From Candidatus Deferrimicrobiaceae bacterium (GTDB lineage: Bacteria > Desulfobacterota > Deferrimicrobia > Deferrimicrobiales > Deferrimicrobiaceae), in the NCBI GenBank assembly GCA_036504035.1, contig DASXVV010000011.1, positions 9,611-73,610 of the forward strand: DNA of 64,000 nucleotides, in the 5' to 3' direction. Within the stretch, counting starts at the first letter, position 1; every line of letters starts with the position of its first letter. Below the pieces are notes generated by a model. The model made no database searches. It saw only the letters and a list, made by a program, of their open reading frames with translations, and was not told where the DNA came from. Of this stretch, positions 9,618-18,963 are shown one piece after another. The position numbers were made by a program, and so were the translations under genes.

Positions 9618-10412
9618 TCAGGGGCAGCCGTCGTATCGGACCCGGATGGTCCGGACGCCGGAATCGGCCTGCGGCGCCTCGTCCTTCCGCTCGGCGAATC
9701 GCGCCTTCCCGCGCGCGATGAGATCATCCCCCATCGACGGCTCGCGCAGCCGCACCCGGCCTTCGCGGCAATGCCTCGGGCAGGCGGACACGGATGCGGA
9801 GGAGGCCCCGCCGAGCCACGGGCAGCGGTCGGACACGGTCACGATGGGCCACCCCTCGTGCACGAAGAGCAGCGGCGTCTCCCCTTCCCCGTCCGCCATG
9901 GGCATTGCCCGCGGGATACCCCACGGAAGCGCATCGACGTGAAAGCCCCGGATTCCCATCTTCCCGGTCAGGAATCGCGACGCGACGGGCGACGAATGGA
10001 GCCCCTCGCCGTGCCACGCGCGTTCTTCGTCCGTCAGCCGATCGGACACCCCGATGCGGGGGCAGCTTTTCTGGCCCGACAACAGCCGGCCGAGCGTCAG
10101 CGGGAGTTCGGGGAACAGCGTTCGCCACGCGTAGAGCGCGCCCCAGTCGTTGACCGAGAGCGTCACGTCGGCGCCGGCCGGGATCGATCGCAGCAACGCG
10201 GTGACGCGCTTGAGCTCGGCGTCGCGCAGGTATGGCGTCAGCAGCAGCAGCGGGATGTCGCGCGCCGACGTCTCTTCGATCGCCTGCGTGAGCGCTATTC
10301 GGCCCGGCAGAAGGTGGATGCAGTAGTCGCTGCCGATCGCGGCTCCCACGCCGGCCGGGAGGCGCGGGATCAGGACGCCGTCGGGGTCCGCGTAGCGGAT
10401 CTCGGAGATCAC
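9618..10412 (-). CDS. U32-family 'peptidase'-like protein, UbiV-like small subunit
   Basis: A GTG start overlaps the stop of the upstream U32 gene (GTGA). The sequence VISEIRYADPDGVLIPRLPAG... is U32-like. The Cys pattern C-x12/13-C-x3-C (CPWLGGASSASVSACPRHC) matches the Fe-S ligands of UbiV-type proteins. The longer 545-aa ORF in this frame is an R-rich artefact upstream. Confidence 0.45.
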   Translation of the reverse strand: MISEIRYADPDGVLIPRLPAGVGAAIGSDYCIHLLPGRIALTQAIEETSARDIPLLLLTPYLRDAELKRVTALLRSIPAGADVTLSVNDWGALYAWRTLFPELPLTLGRLLSGQKSCPRIGVSDRLTDEERAWHGEGLHSSPVASRFLTGKMGIRGFHVDALPWGIPRAMPMADGEGETPLLFVHEGWPIVTVSDRCPWLGGASSASVSACPRHCREGRVRLREPSMGDDLIARGKARFAERKDEAPQADSGVRTIRVRYDGCP

Positions 10413-11380
10413 GGGCGATCCTCCTCGCCGGGACGGAATTCGGGGAAATAGCAGTTGGCGGGGCTGCAGGGCCGGCCGAATATCTCCCGGTAGAGCGCCT
10501 TCCCCCGGCGTGCGCACGACGAAGCGCTCCCCGCGTCGGGCACACCCTCGTCGCGCATCCGGCGCACGGCTTCGACCGCCGCGACCTTCCGGGCGGTCTC
10601 GGACCCGCGCCCGACGATCTTGAACGCGTGGATGCCCGCGGCCGCCAGCATCGGCACCGCGCACAGCCCGCACGAATAGTAGCGGTCTGCGCCCTCGTTT
10701 CGGTCGAGCGCCTTGCGCACCATCGGCGGCATCTCGGGGGCGATCCCCTCCCATTGCTTTTCGTAATGCAGCTCGCACGGCCACGTCCGGTTCGGATCGT
10801 CGTGCAGGTGGCCGCAGAAGCCCTCGATGTTGGGGCAGCGCCCGCGCATCCCGATCACCTCGACCGGAGTCTTGCACGAGGCGGCCACCCGGGAGGCCTC
10901 GGCCACCGAGAGCTCGCGCGCCAGGACGACGCGTGCCGCGCCCAGCCGGGCCAGGAAGGAGACCGCGGCGCCGTTGAAGGCGGAGAACAGGGTGCTCGCG
11001 TGGAGCTCGAACCGCCGGAACCGCCGGTCGCGCAGTGCGAGCAGAAGCGCCAGGTCGGAGACGATCGCGCCGCGCACTTCCCGCGCCGCGAGCTCGACGA
11101 CGAAGTCGACGAGCCTGGGGAGCATGGCGTCGGGGATCGGCGTGGCATTCAGGACGACGTAGACGGGCAGGCCGCGCAGGTTGGCGGCGTAGACCAGCGC
11201 GTCGAGCTCCTTCAGGGAGGGCAGGTTGGCCGCGTCGAAGGTCCGGCGGTTGCACGAGACGAGCGGCCCGAACGCCTCGGCCCAGAACGGCGGGACGATG
11301 CCCGCGTAGAATTCCTCGGCGCCGGCATCAGCCAAAAGGGGCAGTTCGTCGGCGCGATCGACGGGGGACAGGATGCGCAT
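10409..11380 (-). CDS. U32-family 'peptidase'-like protein, UbiU-like large subunit
   Basis: The true start is MRILSPVDRADELPLLADAGAEEFYAGIV, the classic U32 N-terminus. Conserved Cys are present (CPNIEGFCGH...CELH...CGLC). Confidence 0.55.
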   Translation of the reverse strand: MRILSPVDRADELPLLADAGAEEFYAGIVPPFWAEAFGPLVSCNRRTFDAANLPSLKELDALVYAANLRGLPVYVVLNATPIPDAMLPRLVDFVVELAAREVRGAIVSDLALLLALRDRRFRRFELHASTLFSAFNGAAVSFLARLGAARVVLARELSVAEASRVAASCKTPVEVIGMRGRCPNIEGFCGHLHDDPNRTWPCELHYEKQWEGIAPEMPPMVRKALDRNEGADRYYSCGLCAVPMLAAAGIHAFKIVGRGSETARKVAAVEAVRRMRDEGVPDAGSASSCARRGKALYREIFGRPCSPANCYFPEFRPGEEDRP

Positions 11381-11385
11381 GGCCG

Positions 11386-11850
11386 CTATTTTCCCCCCTG
11401 GACGGTCACGCCGCGCCGCGTCACCCCGGCCTGGTCGCCCGAGATCCCCTTGGCCGCGCAGTGGACGACCGCGTTCTCGAGGATGCCCACCGAGCCGCGC
11501 TCGAAAACGATGCCGCCCCAGGGGCCCGCCGCGCAGCCCCCCGCCGTGTCGAAGCGCACCGGCTTCGAAGGAACGCCGCGCACCAGCAGACGCCCGCGCA
11601 CCACGATGTCGGCCCCGACCTTGGGCTGGACCAGCACCTCGGTGCCCGGCTCGATAGAGACCGTCACCCCTTCGGCGATGACGACCGTGCCCGTCAGCCG
11701 GATGATCCCTTCCCACGACCCGGAGGCCTTGATGTCGCCCCGGTAGAAGCGGGCATTCGCGTGCGGAAACGCCACCCCCGCCAGGCCGCAGGCAAGGAGC
11801 AGCGCAGCCAGGACGCCCGCACGGACTCGCGACACGTTCCGCCCTCCCAT
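11386..11850 (-). CDS. Small secreted parallel beta-helix protein
   Basis: Start at MGGRNVSRVRAGVLAALLLACGLAG, a signal peptide. It has beta-helix-like Gly/Val repeats. ATGA overlap with the upstream CarbReg gene. Confidence 0.4.
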   Translation of the reverse strand: MGGRNVSRVRAGVLAALLLACGLAGVAFPHANARFYRGDIKASGSWEGIIRLTGTVVIAEGVTVSIEPGTEVLVQPKVGADIVVRGRLLVRGVPSKPVRFDTAGGCAAGPWGGIVFERGSVGILENAVVHCAAKGISGDQAGVTRRGVTVQGGK

Positions 11851-12920
11851 CACCGTTTCTCCACCACGACGACCAGCGGCTCCGCGGGCGCGTCGGCCAT
11901 TGCTTCGGCCGAATGATCGGGCGTGCCGCCGTACCGGCCGTACCACTCGCCGTCGGCCGGCCCCCCGAGCCGCTCGCGCGCCAGCAGGTGATAGCGGCCC
12001 GGATCGGCGACGAGCAGGTCGACCCGCCCGTCGGCGCCCGACTTCCCGGAGACGTACGCGGGGTATCCGCTCATCGAGGCGTCCTTGTAGGCCAGCAGGC
12101 GGACACCCGGAACCGGATGCCCCTCCCCGTCGACCATGCGGGCCCGGATCGAGATCTCGTGCACGGGCTCCTTAGCCTCGCCCATCCGCTCCTGCTGCGA
12201 CAGCCGCGGCATCGCGTCGATCCGCAGGCCTCGCGGCACGCCTTCGACGAGCGTCACCGGATTGCCCGGGTAGAATCCGAAGTAGTCGCCCGGCGCCGTG
12301 GGACCGAACAGCTCCCCCGACTTCCGCTTGCGGGCGATCACGAAGAAGGTGCCCTTCTTCACGCGCACGCGGAACGCGCCGTCCTCCTTCGTGCGGACGA
12401 ACGTCCCGGGCATCCCCTTGAAACCGTCGGCGGCGCTCTTGTAGAGGTAGACCGTGGCGCCGGCCAGCGGCTTCCCCTTCTCGTCGTACACCAAGCCGGA
12501 GAGGCCCGCCTGCGCGTCGGGGGCGGGATCGGCGTCGAGCCGAGACAGGTTGAGCCCGACCAGCGCCGCCCTCCCCGTCTCGACGCGTACGGGGTTGCCG
12601 CCGAAGAAGCAGAACAGGTCGCCCGGCTTCGGCGCGGCGGGCGCGCCCGGGGCGCGCTGCCCGACGAGGAACCAGTTGCCGGGCGGCAGCGCGAGGGAAA
12701 ACATCCCGTCGGCCCCCGTCGCCCGGCTTTGCGCCTCGGGCTCCTGCGCGGCGCCCCGGTCGTAGTCGCGGTAAGCGAGGACGACCACGCCGGCGACGCC
12801 CTCGTTGTCGAGCGCCGCCTTGCCGCGGACCCCGGTGAACGGGGCGTCGGGCGTCGCCGCGAGGGCTACGGCCGCGGCAGCGAGCGTCAGGAGCAGGCAG
12901 GCGACGGCCCGGCGAATCAC
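11850..12920 (-). CDS. Secreted protein with three tandem carboxypeptidase-regulatory-like domains
   Basis: 356-aa ORF with a signal peptide. Three repeats each end in ...LPPGNWFLVGQRAPG / GTFFVIARKRKSG / ...GEWYGRYGG, the CarbReg signature shared by five other genes in the array. Confidence 0.55.
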   Translation of the reverse strand: MIRRAVACLLLTLAAAAVALAATPDAPFTGVRGKAALDNEGVAGVVVLAYRDYDRGAAQEPEAQSRATGADGMFSLALPPGNWFLVGQRAPGAPAAPKPGDLFCFFGGNPVRVETGRAALVGLNLSRLDADPAPDAQAGLSGLVYDEKGKPLAGATVYLYKSAADGFKGMPGTFVRTKEDGAFRVRVKKGTFFVIARKRKSGELFGPTAPGDYFGFYPGNPVTLVEGVPRGLRIDAMPRLSQQERMGEAKEPVHEISIRARMVDGEGHPVPGVRLLAYKDASMSGYPAYVSGKSGADGRVDLLVADPGRYHLLARERLGGPADGEWYGRYGGTPDHSAEAMADAPAEPLVVVVEKR

Positions 12921-14497
12921 GGGTATCCCCCGGCGTCCCCTCGGGTGGCGGTGTAGGACACCCCGGCGCGCGTCTCACCGCGGGAGGTGACCACGATGGC
13001 CGCCCGGTCGGGCAGGGGGCACTTGGTCTCGCAGATGCCGCACCCGATGCATTCGCGCTCGTCGATGTAGGGCCGCTTGAACGTCTTGACCTCGCCCCCC
13101 ATCGTGACGACCTTCTCTTCCTGGAGCACGATGGCCTTCTTCCCGGTGGGGCAATGTTCCTCGCAGACGATGCAGTCGGATTCGCCCTTCCAAGGCAGGC
13201 AATGGCTCCGGTCGACCTCGGCCAGCCCGAGCTTGACCTTGCGCTTCTCGGCGACCGGCATCCGGCGGATCGCACCCGTCGGGCAGACCTGGCCGCAGAG
13301 CGAGCAGTTGAACTCGCAGTAGCCGATGCGCGGGACGAGCACCGGGCTCCACAGTCCCTCGATCCCCGCCTCGAGCCAGGCCGGCTGCAGGCCGTTGGCG
13401 ATGCAGACGCGCATGCACTCACCGCAACGGGTGCAGCGGGCGAGGAATTCGGGTTCGGCCAGCGCACCCGGCGGGCGGATCAGCCACTGGGACGGAGCCT
13501 TCCCATGCGCCTGCGACCCGAAGAAGGGGACCGAAACGGCGCCGGCCGCCGCCGCCAGCATCACGCCCCGGCGCGACAGGTCGACCGGGTCGCCCTGACG
13601 CCCTTCCTTGCCCGTGAAGAAGATGACCTTTTCGGGGCAGACGACCTGGCAGTCCATGCACTCGATGCACTCGCCATGATCGGTCGCGAGATGGTCGCGG
13701 ATGGCGCCGGTGCGGCAGTCGCCGTCGCACAGGCCGCATTTGATGCAGCCGGCGGCCTCGACGCGCCGCCGGAACAGGCCGAAGCGGCCCAGGAGCGCCA
13801 GCAGCGCGCCGAGCGGGCACAGGTTCCGGCACCAGAAGCGGCGCTGATAGCGCTCGGCGGCGAGGATGCCGACGAACAGCCCGCCGACGACGATCGCGCT
13901 CCGGTAGACCGGCTGCTCGAAGGCGAGGAAGTGCCCCTTGAGGAAGCCGTAGGCAGGTTCGGTCACCCAGGTGACGGGCGGTCCGACCTTGTAGGCGGCG
14001 CCGAAGAGCGCGTTGAGCGCGGCATTGAGCGCGGGGTAGACGGAAAACGTCAGGGTGCGGATCAGCAGGCTGATCGGGTCGAACAGGAACACCCACTGCA
14101 GCGTAAAGAGCGAGGACGCCGCCAGCGCGACGAGCAGCAGGTACTTCCAGCGGCGCCAGGAGGAAGGGACCGTCGAGGGCTTCCGCCGACGCCGACGGAA
14201 CAGCGTCGCGGATGCCGCGTCGAGGACCGCCCCCATCGGGCAGAACCACCCGCAGAAAAAGCGGCCCAGGAGCAGCGTCAGGGCGACCGTGACCAGCGCG
14301 GGCCACACGAGCCCGATCAGGGCGCGGCCCGCGGCCACGGCCGCGCCGGCCACGAGCGGATCGAGCCGGAGGAACACGTTGACCGCGTAGCGGAGGACGT
14401 CGTTGTCCTTGTATTCGGTGTTGAGGAACAGGAAGCCGAACACGAGGAACACGGCCCATTGGGAAACACGCCGCAGCGTGCGCATCGACATCTTCAT
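12917..14497 (-). CDS. NapH/MauN-family integral-membrane polyferredoxin (quinol-dehydrogenase-like)
   Basis: Start at MKMSMRTLRRV with Shine-Dalgarno GGAAGGAGAG. The N-terminal membrane region carries CGWFCPMGA, the NapH/NosR/MauN-type CGWxCP motif. There are six CxxCxxCxxxCP-type ferredoxin clusters. ATGA overlap with the upstream gene. Confidence 0.7.
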   Translation of the reverse strand: MKMSMRTLRRVSQWAVFLVFGFLFLNTEYKDNDVLRYAVNVFLRLDPLVAGAAVAAGRALIGLVWPALVTVALTLLLGRFFCGWFCPMGAVLDAASATLFRRRRRKPSTVPSSWRRWKYLLLVALAASSLFTLQWVFLFDPISLLIRTLTFSVYPALNAALNALFGAAYKVGPPVTWVTEPAYGFLKGHFLAFEQPVYRSAIVVGGLFVGILAAERYQRRFWCRNLCPLGALLALLGRFGLFRRRVEAAGCIKCGLCDGDCRTGAIRDHLATDHGECIECMDCQVVCPEKVIFFTGKEGRQGDPVDLSRRGVMLAAAAGAVSVPFFGSQAHGKAPSQWLIRPPGALAEPEFLARCTRCGECMRVCIANGLQPAWLEAGIEGLWSPVLVPRIGYCEFNCSLCGQVCPTGAIRRMPVAEKRKVKLGLAEVDRSHCLPWKGESDCIVCEEHCPTGKKAIVLQEEKVVTMGGEVKTFKRPYIDERECIGCGICETKCPLPDRAAIVVTSRGETRAGVSYTATRGDAGGYP

Positions 14498-15936
14498 CTC
14501 TCCTTCCCGGGACGGATGGTCACCCGCCCCGGCCCGACGTTTCTTCTCTCGGCGACCGCGCCGCCGGGGAAGGTGACGCGCAGGTCGCACGGGCGGCCGC
14601 CCGGCAGCCGGAACAGCCATTCGGCGGGCGGTTGCGCGCAGTATCCGCTCCCGGCCTGCAATTCCATCGTCGAGAGCAGCGCGCGGGGATCGCCGAGCCT
14701 CCCGGCCTCATAAAGTCGCGCGACCGAGCCTACCGCGGTCCGCCCCGGCACCGACGGCCGGACCGCGAGCGCGGGAACACGCCCCGCCGTGTTTCGGTAA
14801 AGCCGGTTGTGGCCGTCGTAGTTGCTCGCGTAAAGATCGAGGGCGCCGTCGCCGTCGACGTCGGCGAACACGATTCCCTCGTTCCGCTTCCGGCTTCCGA
14901 CGCCCGCCCGCGCGCCCAGCTCCTCGAACCGCATCCCGCCCAGGTTGCGGAACAGCCGGACGGGCCCGGAAAAGCCGGCGCTCGCGATCTCGGGGAGCAG
15001 GTCGCCATCGAGGTCGCCCGCGGCCCCCCCGACGCTGTGGCCCGACCGGATCCCGGAGGACGCCGTCACGTCGGTGAAGCGTCCGTGCCCGTCGTTCCGG
15101 AACAACCGGTCGGGACCGTCGTACCCTCCGACGAACAGATCGAAGCTGCCGTCGCCGTCGAGGTCGGCCGCGACGACCGACATCGACCAGCGCAAGCCTC
15201 CGAGCCCCGCCGCCGCGGTGCAGTCTTCGAACGTGCCGGCGCCCCGGTTGCGGTAATACTTCAGCCCGTCGCTCTTGCCGTCGCCGCCGCGCGCGACGAC
15301 CAGGTCGGGGTGCCCGTCGCCATCGAGGTCGGAGAAGGTCGCCGACCAGCTTCGCCCTTCCTCGCCGAGCCCTGCGGCATCGGTGGCGTCGACGAAACGC
15401 AACCGCTCCGGCTCGGAGCGGTTGAGATAGAGCGTGTTGCGCCCCCAGTTGGCGACGAAAATATCCAGCCGCCCGTCGCCGTCGACATCGGCCATCGCGG
15501 TCGAGATGCCGTTGCGGCGCGCGGCGAGCCCGGCTTCGGCGGAGACTTCGCGCCACTTCCCGTCGGCGTCGGCCGCATAGAGCAGGTTGGTCCCGTACGG
15601 GTAAGCCCCGCGGACGACGAACAGCTCGTCCCGCCCGTCCCCGTCGAGGTCGGCGAAGAGCGCTCCGATGCCGCCCGTGCCGAAGGCCCCCGCATCGCCG
15701 GCGATTTCCGCGAAACGACCATCCCCCCGGTTGCGCAGCATCCGGTTGCGTCCCTTGACGACGGGGAGGAACAGGTCGGCGCGTCCGTTTTCCCCGTTGA
15801 ACGTGAAACAGGCGCCCTCGCCGTACTTGATCGACGGGATGCCCGAGGACGCGGTCGCGTCGGAGAGCCAGGCCGCCGGCATGTCGGATGCGGCGGCCGA
15901 GGCCAACAGCGAAGCGCAGGCCGAGGCCGCGAGCAA
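14494..15936 (-). CDS. FG-GAP/VCBS repeat protein with ASPIC/UnbV-like C-terminal domain (CRTAC1 family)
   Basis: 480-aa ORF with repeated DLDGDG.DL / FV.N...NRLYRN motifs. It is paralogous to 26545-28065. A TTG start with a signal-like N-terminus. Confidence 0.6.
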   Translation of the reverse strand: MLAASACASLLASAAASDMPAAWLSDATASSGIPSIKYGEGACFTFNGENGRADLFLPVVKGRNRMLRNRGDGRFAEIAGDAGAFGTGGIGALFADLDGDGRDELFVVRGAYPYGTNLLYAADADGKWREVSAEAGLAARRNGISTAMADVDGDGRLDIFVANWGRNTLYLNRSEPERLRFVDATDAAGLGEEGRSWSATFSDLDGDGHPDLVVARGGDGKSDGLKYYRNRGAGTFEDCTAAAGLGGLRWSMSVVAADLDGDGSFDLFVGGYDGPDRLFRNDGHGRFTDVTASSGIRSGHSVGGAAGDLDGDLLPEIASAGFSGPVRLFRNLGGMRFEELGARAGVGSRKRNEGIVFADVDGDGALDLYASNYDGHNRLYRNTAGRVPALAVRPSVPGRTAVGSVARLYEAGRLGDPRALLSTMELQAGSGYCAQPPAEWLFRLPGGRPCDLRVTFPGGAVAERRNVGPGRVTIRPGKER

Positions 15937-15941
15937 ACCCT

Positions 15942-16877
15942 TCAGGCCTTTAATATCCTCACCTTGGCGAGATCGATTTCCCCGAGCCCCTTCTGGGCGG
16001 CATAGAGCACGTGCGGGACGTCGCGTCCCGCGATCCCGAACAGCGTCGCGCCGTAGGCGTCGACGGCGACCGGATCGGTGCCCGCCACGACCGTGTCGAT
16101 CTTACGGACATCCTGCAGGCGGCCGCCCTGCGGGCCGTTGGCGGTCAGGATGCGCACCGCGTCGAGGACGATCAGGTCGAACTTGACGACCGTATTGAGC
16201 TCGACGATGTTCTGGTCGAGGTCGTGGTGGATGTTGCCGCGGTTGCCGCCGAGAACGCCCATGACGTTCTTGAGGCTCATCGTCAGGCGCGCCGCGTTGT
16301 GGTGCTTGGCGATCGGGATGTTGATGAGCCGGTCGGCCTCGAGGACATCTTTGTAGAAGCTCCAGCCCGGCAATGTCTTGCTGCCGCGGAACGCGCGGTC
16401 GACGAACTTGCGCGCATCCATGTGCTCGATGGTGACCGCGGGATCGCCGATCGACTCGATCGCGTCCTTGATGCCGCTGTTCTTGTAGCAGCGGCGCGGG
16501 TCGTTGCACGGCCGATCCATCACCCGGACCCTTTTCGCGCCCGCCTCGATGCACATGCGCGCGACGGCCTTCACGACCTCGGGGTTGGTGTTGGCCGCCT
16601 GCTCGACGGTGCGGTCCCATCCGATGTTGGGCTTGAGCAGGACGACGTCGCCCTTGCGGACAAACCGCTGCATGCCGCCCAGCGCCCGGACCGCGTTGCG
16701 CACCAGCGTCTCGGGCGGTGCCCCCTTGGCCACCGCGAGCGAGGTCGTCGCCCCGGACGCCGCCCCCGCCTCGCGCCCGAGCCCGATCCCGCGCCCGGCG
16801 CCGTCGATCATCCCGAATCCCGCGGCCAGCGAGCCCGCCGCGACTCCTTTCAGAAACGTTCGCCTGTCGATCGCCAT
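15942..16877 (-). CDS. Tat-exported DUF362 domain protein (paralog 2)
   Basis: The true start is MAIDRRTFLKGVAAGSLAAG, a Tat motif. The core VVLLKPNIGWDRTVEQAANTNPEVVKAVARMCIEAGA is paralogous to 5285-6235. The N-terminal 280 aa of the 596-aa ORF are R-rich artefact. Confidence 0.6.
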   Translation of the reverse strand: MAIDRRTFLKGVAAGSLAAGFGMIDGAGRGIGLGREAGAASGATTSLAVAKGAPPETLVRNAVRALGGMQRFVRKGDVVLLKPNIGWDRTVEQAANTNPEVVKAVARMCIEAGAKRVRVMDRPCNDPRRCYKNSGIKDAIESIGDPAVTIEHMDARKFVDRAFRGSKTLPGWSFYKDVLEADRLINIPIAKHHNAARLTMSLKNVMGVLGGNRGNIHHDLDQNIVELNTVVKFDLIVLDAVRILTANGPQGGRLQDVRKIDTVVAGTDPVAVDAYGATLFGIAGRDVPHVLYAAQKGLGEIDLAKVRILKA

Positions 16878-16903
16878 CCCGTACCCCTTCCGTCCTGATT
16901 CCG

Positions 16904-17773
16904 TCACGGCTGGATGCCGCATCCCTCCGGCGCCTTGTCGAGGAACGGGCGCCAGGTCACCCGGCCGAGCCCCGCCTCCCGGTCGCCGTCCCAGATCGTC
17001 TCGGCGATCTCGGCCGGATCGGCGGTTCCCCACCAGTTGTTCGCGAAGTCCATGTCCTGCTTCTGGTTCATGCCGAACTTGATGTTGTAGTGGATGCTCT
17101 CGGCGATGTCGTTCCCGAACGTCTTGACCGTTTCCCCGTTCTTCTGGACCGGGAAAAAGGCGAAATCGTTGCCCCGAAAACGGTTTTTGGTCACGATCGC
17201 GCGCGAGCCGTGCGCCTCGCTCCGGATGGCGTAGTAGTTCTCGACGAAGTCGTTGTTCTCGATGCGGACGTCGGTGGTCGAGAACCGGACGCCTTCGAAG
17301 TTGTAGCGGAAGAGGCAGTTGCGGATCACCGCGTCGGAGTAGTGGACCTGCAGTCCCGAGAATGCGTATTCGAACACGCAGTGCTCGACAAGCGCCTCCT
17401 TGTTGACCGAGATCTGCACGAACGTCCAGTCTTTCATCTTGGGGTTCGGCCGGGCCGACGTGAAGGTGATGACGTTGTCCTTCGTGCCGCGCGCGATCAG
17501 CTTCCCTTCGACGGTCAGCTCGCCGTCGCCGATCTCGTCGCCGTCCTCGTCGATCCACTCGAACTTCACTACGGTGCCCGGGAGGATGGTGAGCGTGACG
17601 CCGCGGCGCACCACGGTCTGCCCCACGATGGTCACGGTCCCGCTCCAGGTCGTGTCTTTCGTGATGTAGCCCTTCTCGTACCGCAACCAGTCCGCAGCCC
17701 CCGCCGGCTGGACGGCCACCACGACGGCGCACAGCGCCAGCGAGGCCAGGATGACGCTTCGAAGGATGCCCAT
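16904..17773 (-). CDS. Secreted parallel beta-helix protein (paralog of the N-terminus of 3459-5289)
   Basis: Start at MGILRSVILASLALCAVVVAVQPAGA. ITKDTTWSGTVTIVGQTVVRRGVTLTILPGT matches VIEKDTEWHGDVRVDGIVHVRKGATLTLAPGT in 3459-5289. It also has NNWWGT. Confidence 0.55.
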   Translation of the reverse strand: MGILRSVILASLALCAVVVAVQPAGAADWLRYEKGYITKDTTWSGTVTIVGQTVVRRGVTLTILPGTVVKFEWIDEDGDEIGDGELTVEGKLIARGTKDNVITFTSARPNPKMKDWTFVQISVNKEALVEHCVFEYAFSGLQVHYSDAVIRNCLFRYNFEGVRFSTTDVRIENNDFVENYYAIRSEAHGSRAIVTKNRFRGNDFAFFPVQKNGETVKTFGNDIAESIHYNIKFGMNQKQDMDFANNWWGTADPAEIAETIWDGDREAGLGRVTWRPFLDKAPEGCGIQP

Positions 17774-17790
17774 CGTGCCCCCCGGAATTC

Positions 17791-18963
17791 TCACTTGAGG
17801 ATCTGCTCGACCGCCATGTCGACCTTGTCGCGCACCTTGCCGGTCTCGACCTTGACCGAGTGGTCGCCGGTGCCCTCGTAGCGGCCGTACCATTCGCCGT
17901 AGCCCGGCGTGTCGCCGTAGTCGGACCGGGCGCCGATGTAGTAGGTGCCGCCCTGCGGCAGGTAGATCACGAACCGCCCCTCGGCGTCGACCGGCTTCGA
18001 GATGTGGTCGGGCCGCTGGTGCGCCATCGCCCGCTCGGTATAGGCGAAGGCGTAGACGCCCTTGACCGGCTTGCCGTCCTTGTCGAGGATGTGCCCCGAG
18101 ATATAGGTGCCCGTGTCGCGGAAAAGGCTGTCTTCCTTGCCGATCTCGCCCGCCTTGGCGATGACGCCCAGCTTGATGGTCGCCGACTGCCCCGCCTTCA
18201 CGTGGACCGGATTGACGATGTAGTAGCCGAACGCGTCGCCGTCGGTCAGCGGCCCCGCGGATTTGCCGGTGGCGCGCTTGCGCGCGATCACGAAATAGTC
18301 GGCCTCGGGAAGCATGTCGATGCGGAACTGGCCGTCCTTGCGGGTCGGGGGCGTGGACGAGTAGCCGACGCCGCGGAAATCGTTCTTGCCGTCGAGGTAG
18401 AGGATGACGCTGACGCCCTCGGCCGGCTTGCCGCCCAGCGAGACGACGCCCTTGAGCGTGCCCGTGCCCGAATCGGCCCCTTTTTCGTAAGTGACGCCCT
18501 CGTCGAGGGCGACGACTGAAAAGCCGACGTGGGTGTACTTCCCGGGCGCGACCGTGATCGGGTTCGACCCCTGGAAGGCGAAGAAGTCGCCGGGCGACAG
18601 CGGGCCGTCTTCCTTGCCCGCCTTCCGCTTCTTGACCGCAAGGTAGTATTTCCCGCGCGGGAGGTCGATCTTCCAGGAGCCGTCGTCGGCCGTCGGCCCC
18701 GACACGGCGGCCGGCTTGCAGGCGACCAGGTCGTCGAACGATTTGTAGGCGTAGACGCGCGCATCCTGGACGATCTCGCCGTCGCGGACGACGCGCCCCT
18801 CGAAGCCGGTGCCCGGGGGCGTCTCCCCCGCGATCTTCGCGGCGAGCGCTTCAGCCTGCTTCGCCTCTTTCTCATGGGCTGCGCCGGTCTCCGCCGCCGC
18901 CGGCAATGCCGCGCAGCAAAGGAGGAGGGCAAGCCCCGCCGCGATCCATCCCGCGCGCATCAT
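17791..18963 (-). CDS. Lipoprotein/secreted protein with tandem carboxypeptidase-regulatory-like domains
   Basis: The true start is MMRAGWIAAGLALLLCCAALPAAA. CarbReg repeats include LPRGKYYLAVKKRKAG and ADYFVIARKRATGK. ATGA overlap with the upstream gene. Confidence 0.55.
   Translation of the reverse strand: MMRAGWIAAGLALLLCCAALPAAAETGAAHEKEAKQAEALAAKIAGETPPGTGFEGRVVRDGEIVQDARVYAYKSFDDLVACKPAAVSGPTADDGSWKIDLPRGKYYLAVKKRKAGKEDGPLSPGDFFAFQGSNPITVAPGKYTHVGFSVVALDEGVTYEKGADSGTGTLKGVVSLGGKPAEGVSVILYLDGKNDFRGVGYSSTPPTRKDGQFRIDMLPEADYFVIARKRATGKSAGPLTDGDAFGYYIVNPVHVKAGQSATIKLGVIAKAGEIGKEDSLFRDTGTYISGHILDKDGKPVKGVYAFAYTERAMAHQRPDHISKPVDAEGRFVIYLPQGGTYYIGARSDYGDTPGYGEWYGRYEGTGDHSVKVETGKVRDKVDMAVEQILK

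Noticed and set aside
9618-11255. 545-aa ORF taken at face value as one large protein
   Set aside because: Only its C-terminal about 265 aa (from the GTG at 10412) look like a U32 small subunit. The N-terminal part is an R-rich alternative frame of the adjacent U32 gene.
13154-16005. 519-aa and 457-aa plus-strand ORFs antisense to the polyferredoxin and CRTAC1-like genes
   Set aside because: Same R/G/A/P-rich artefact composition. The minus-strand products have clear motifs (CGWxCP, ferredoxin clusters, FG-GAP repeats).
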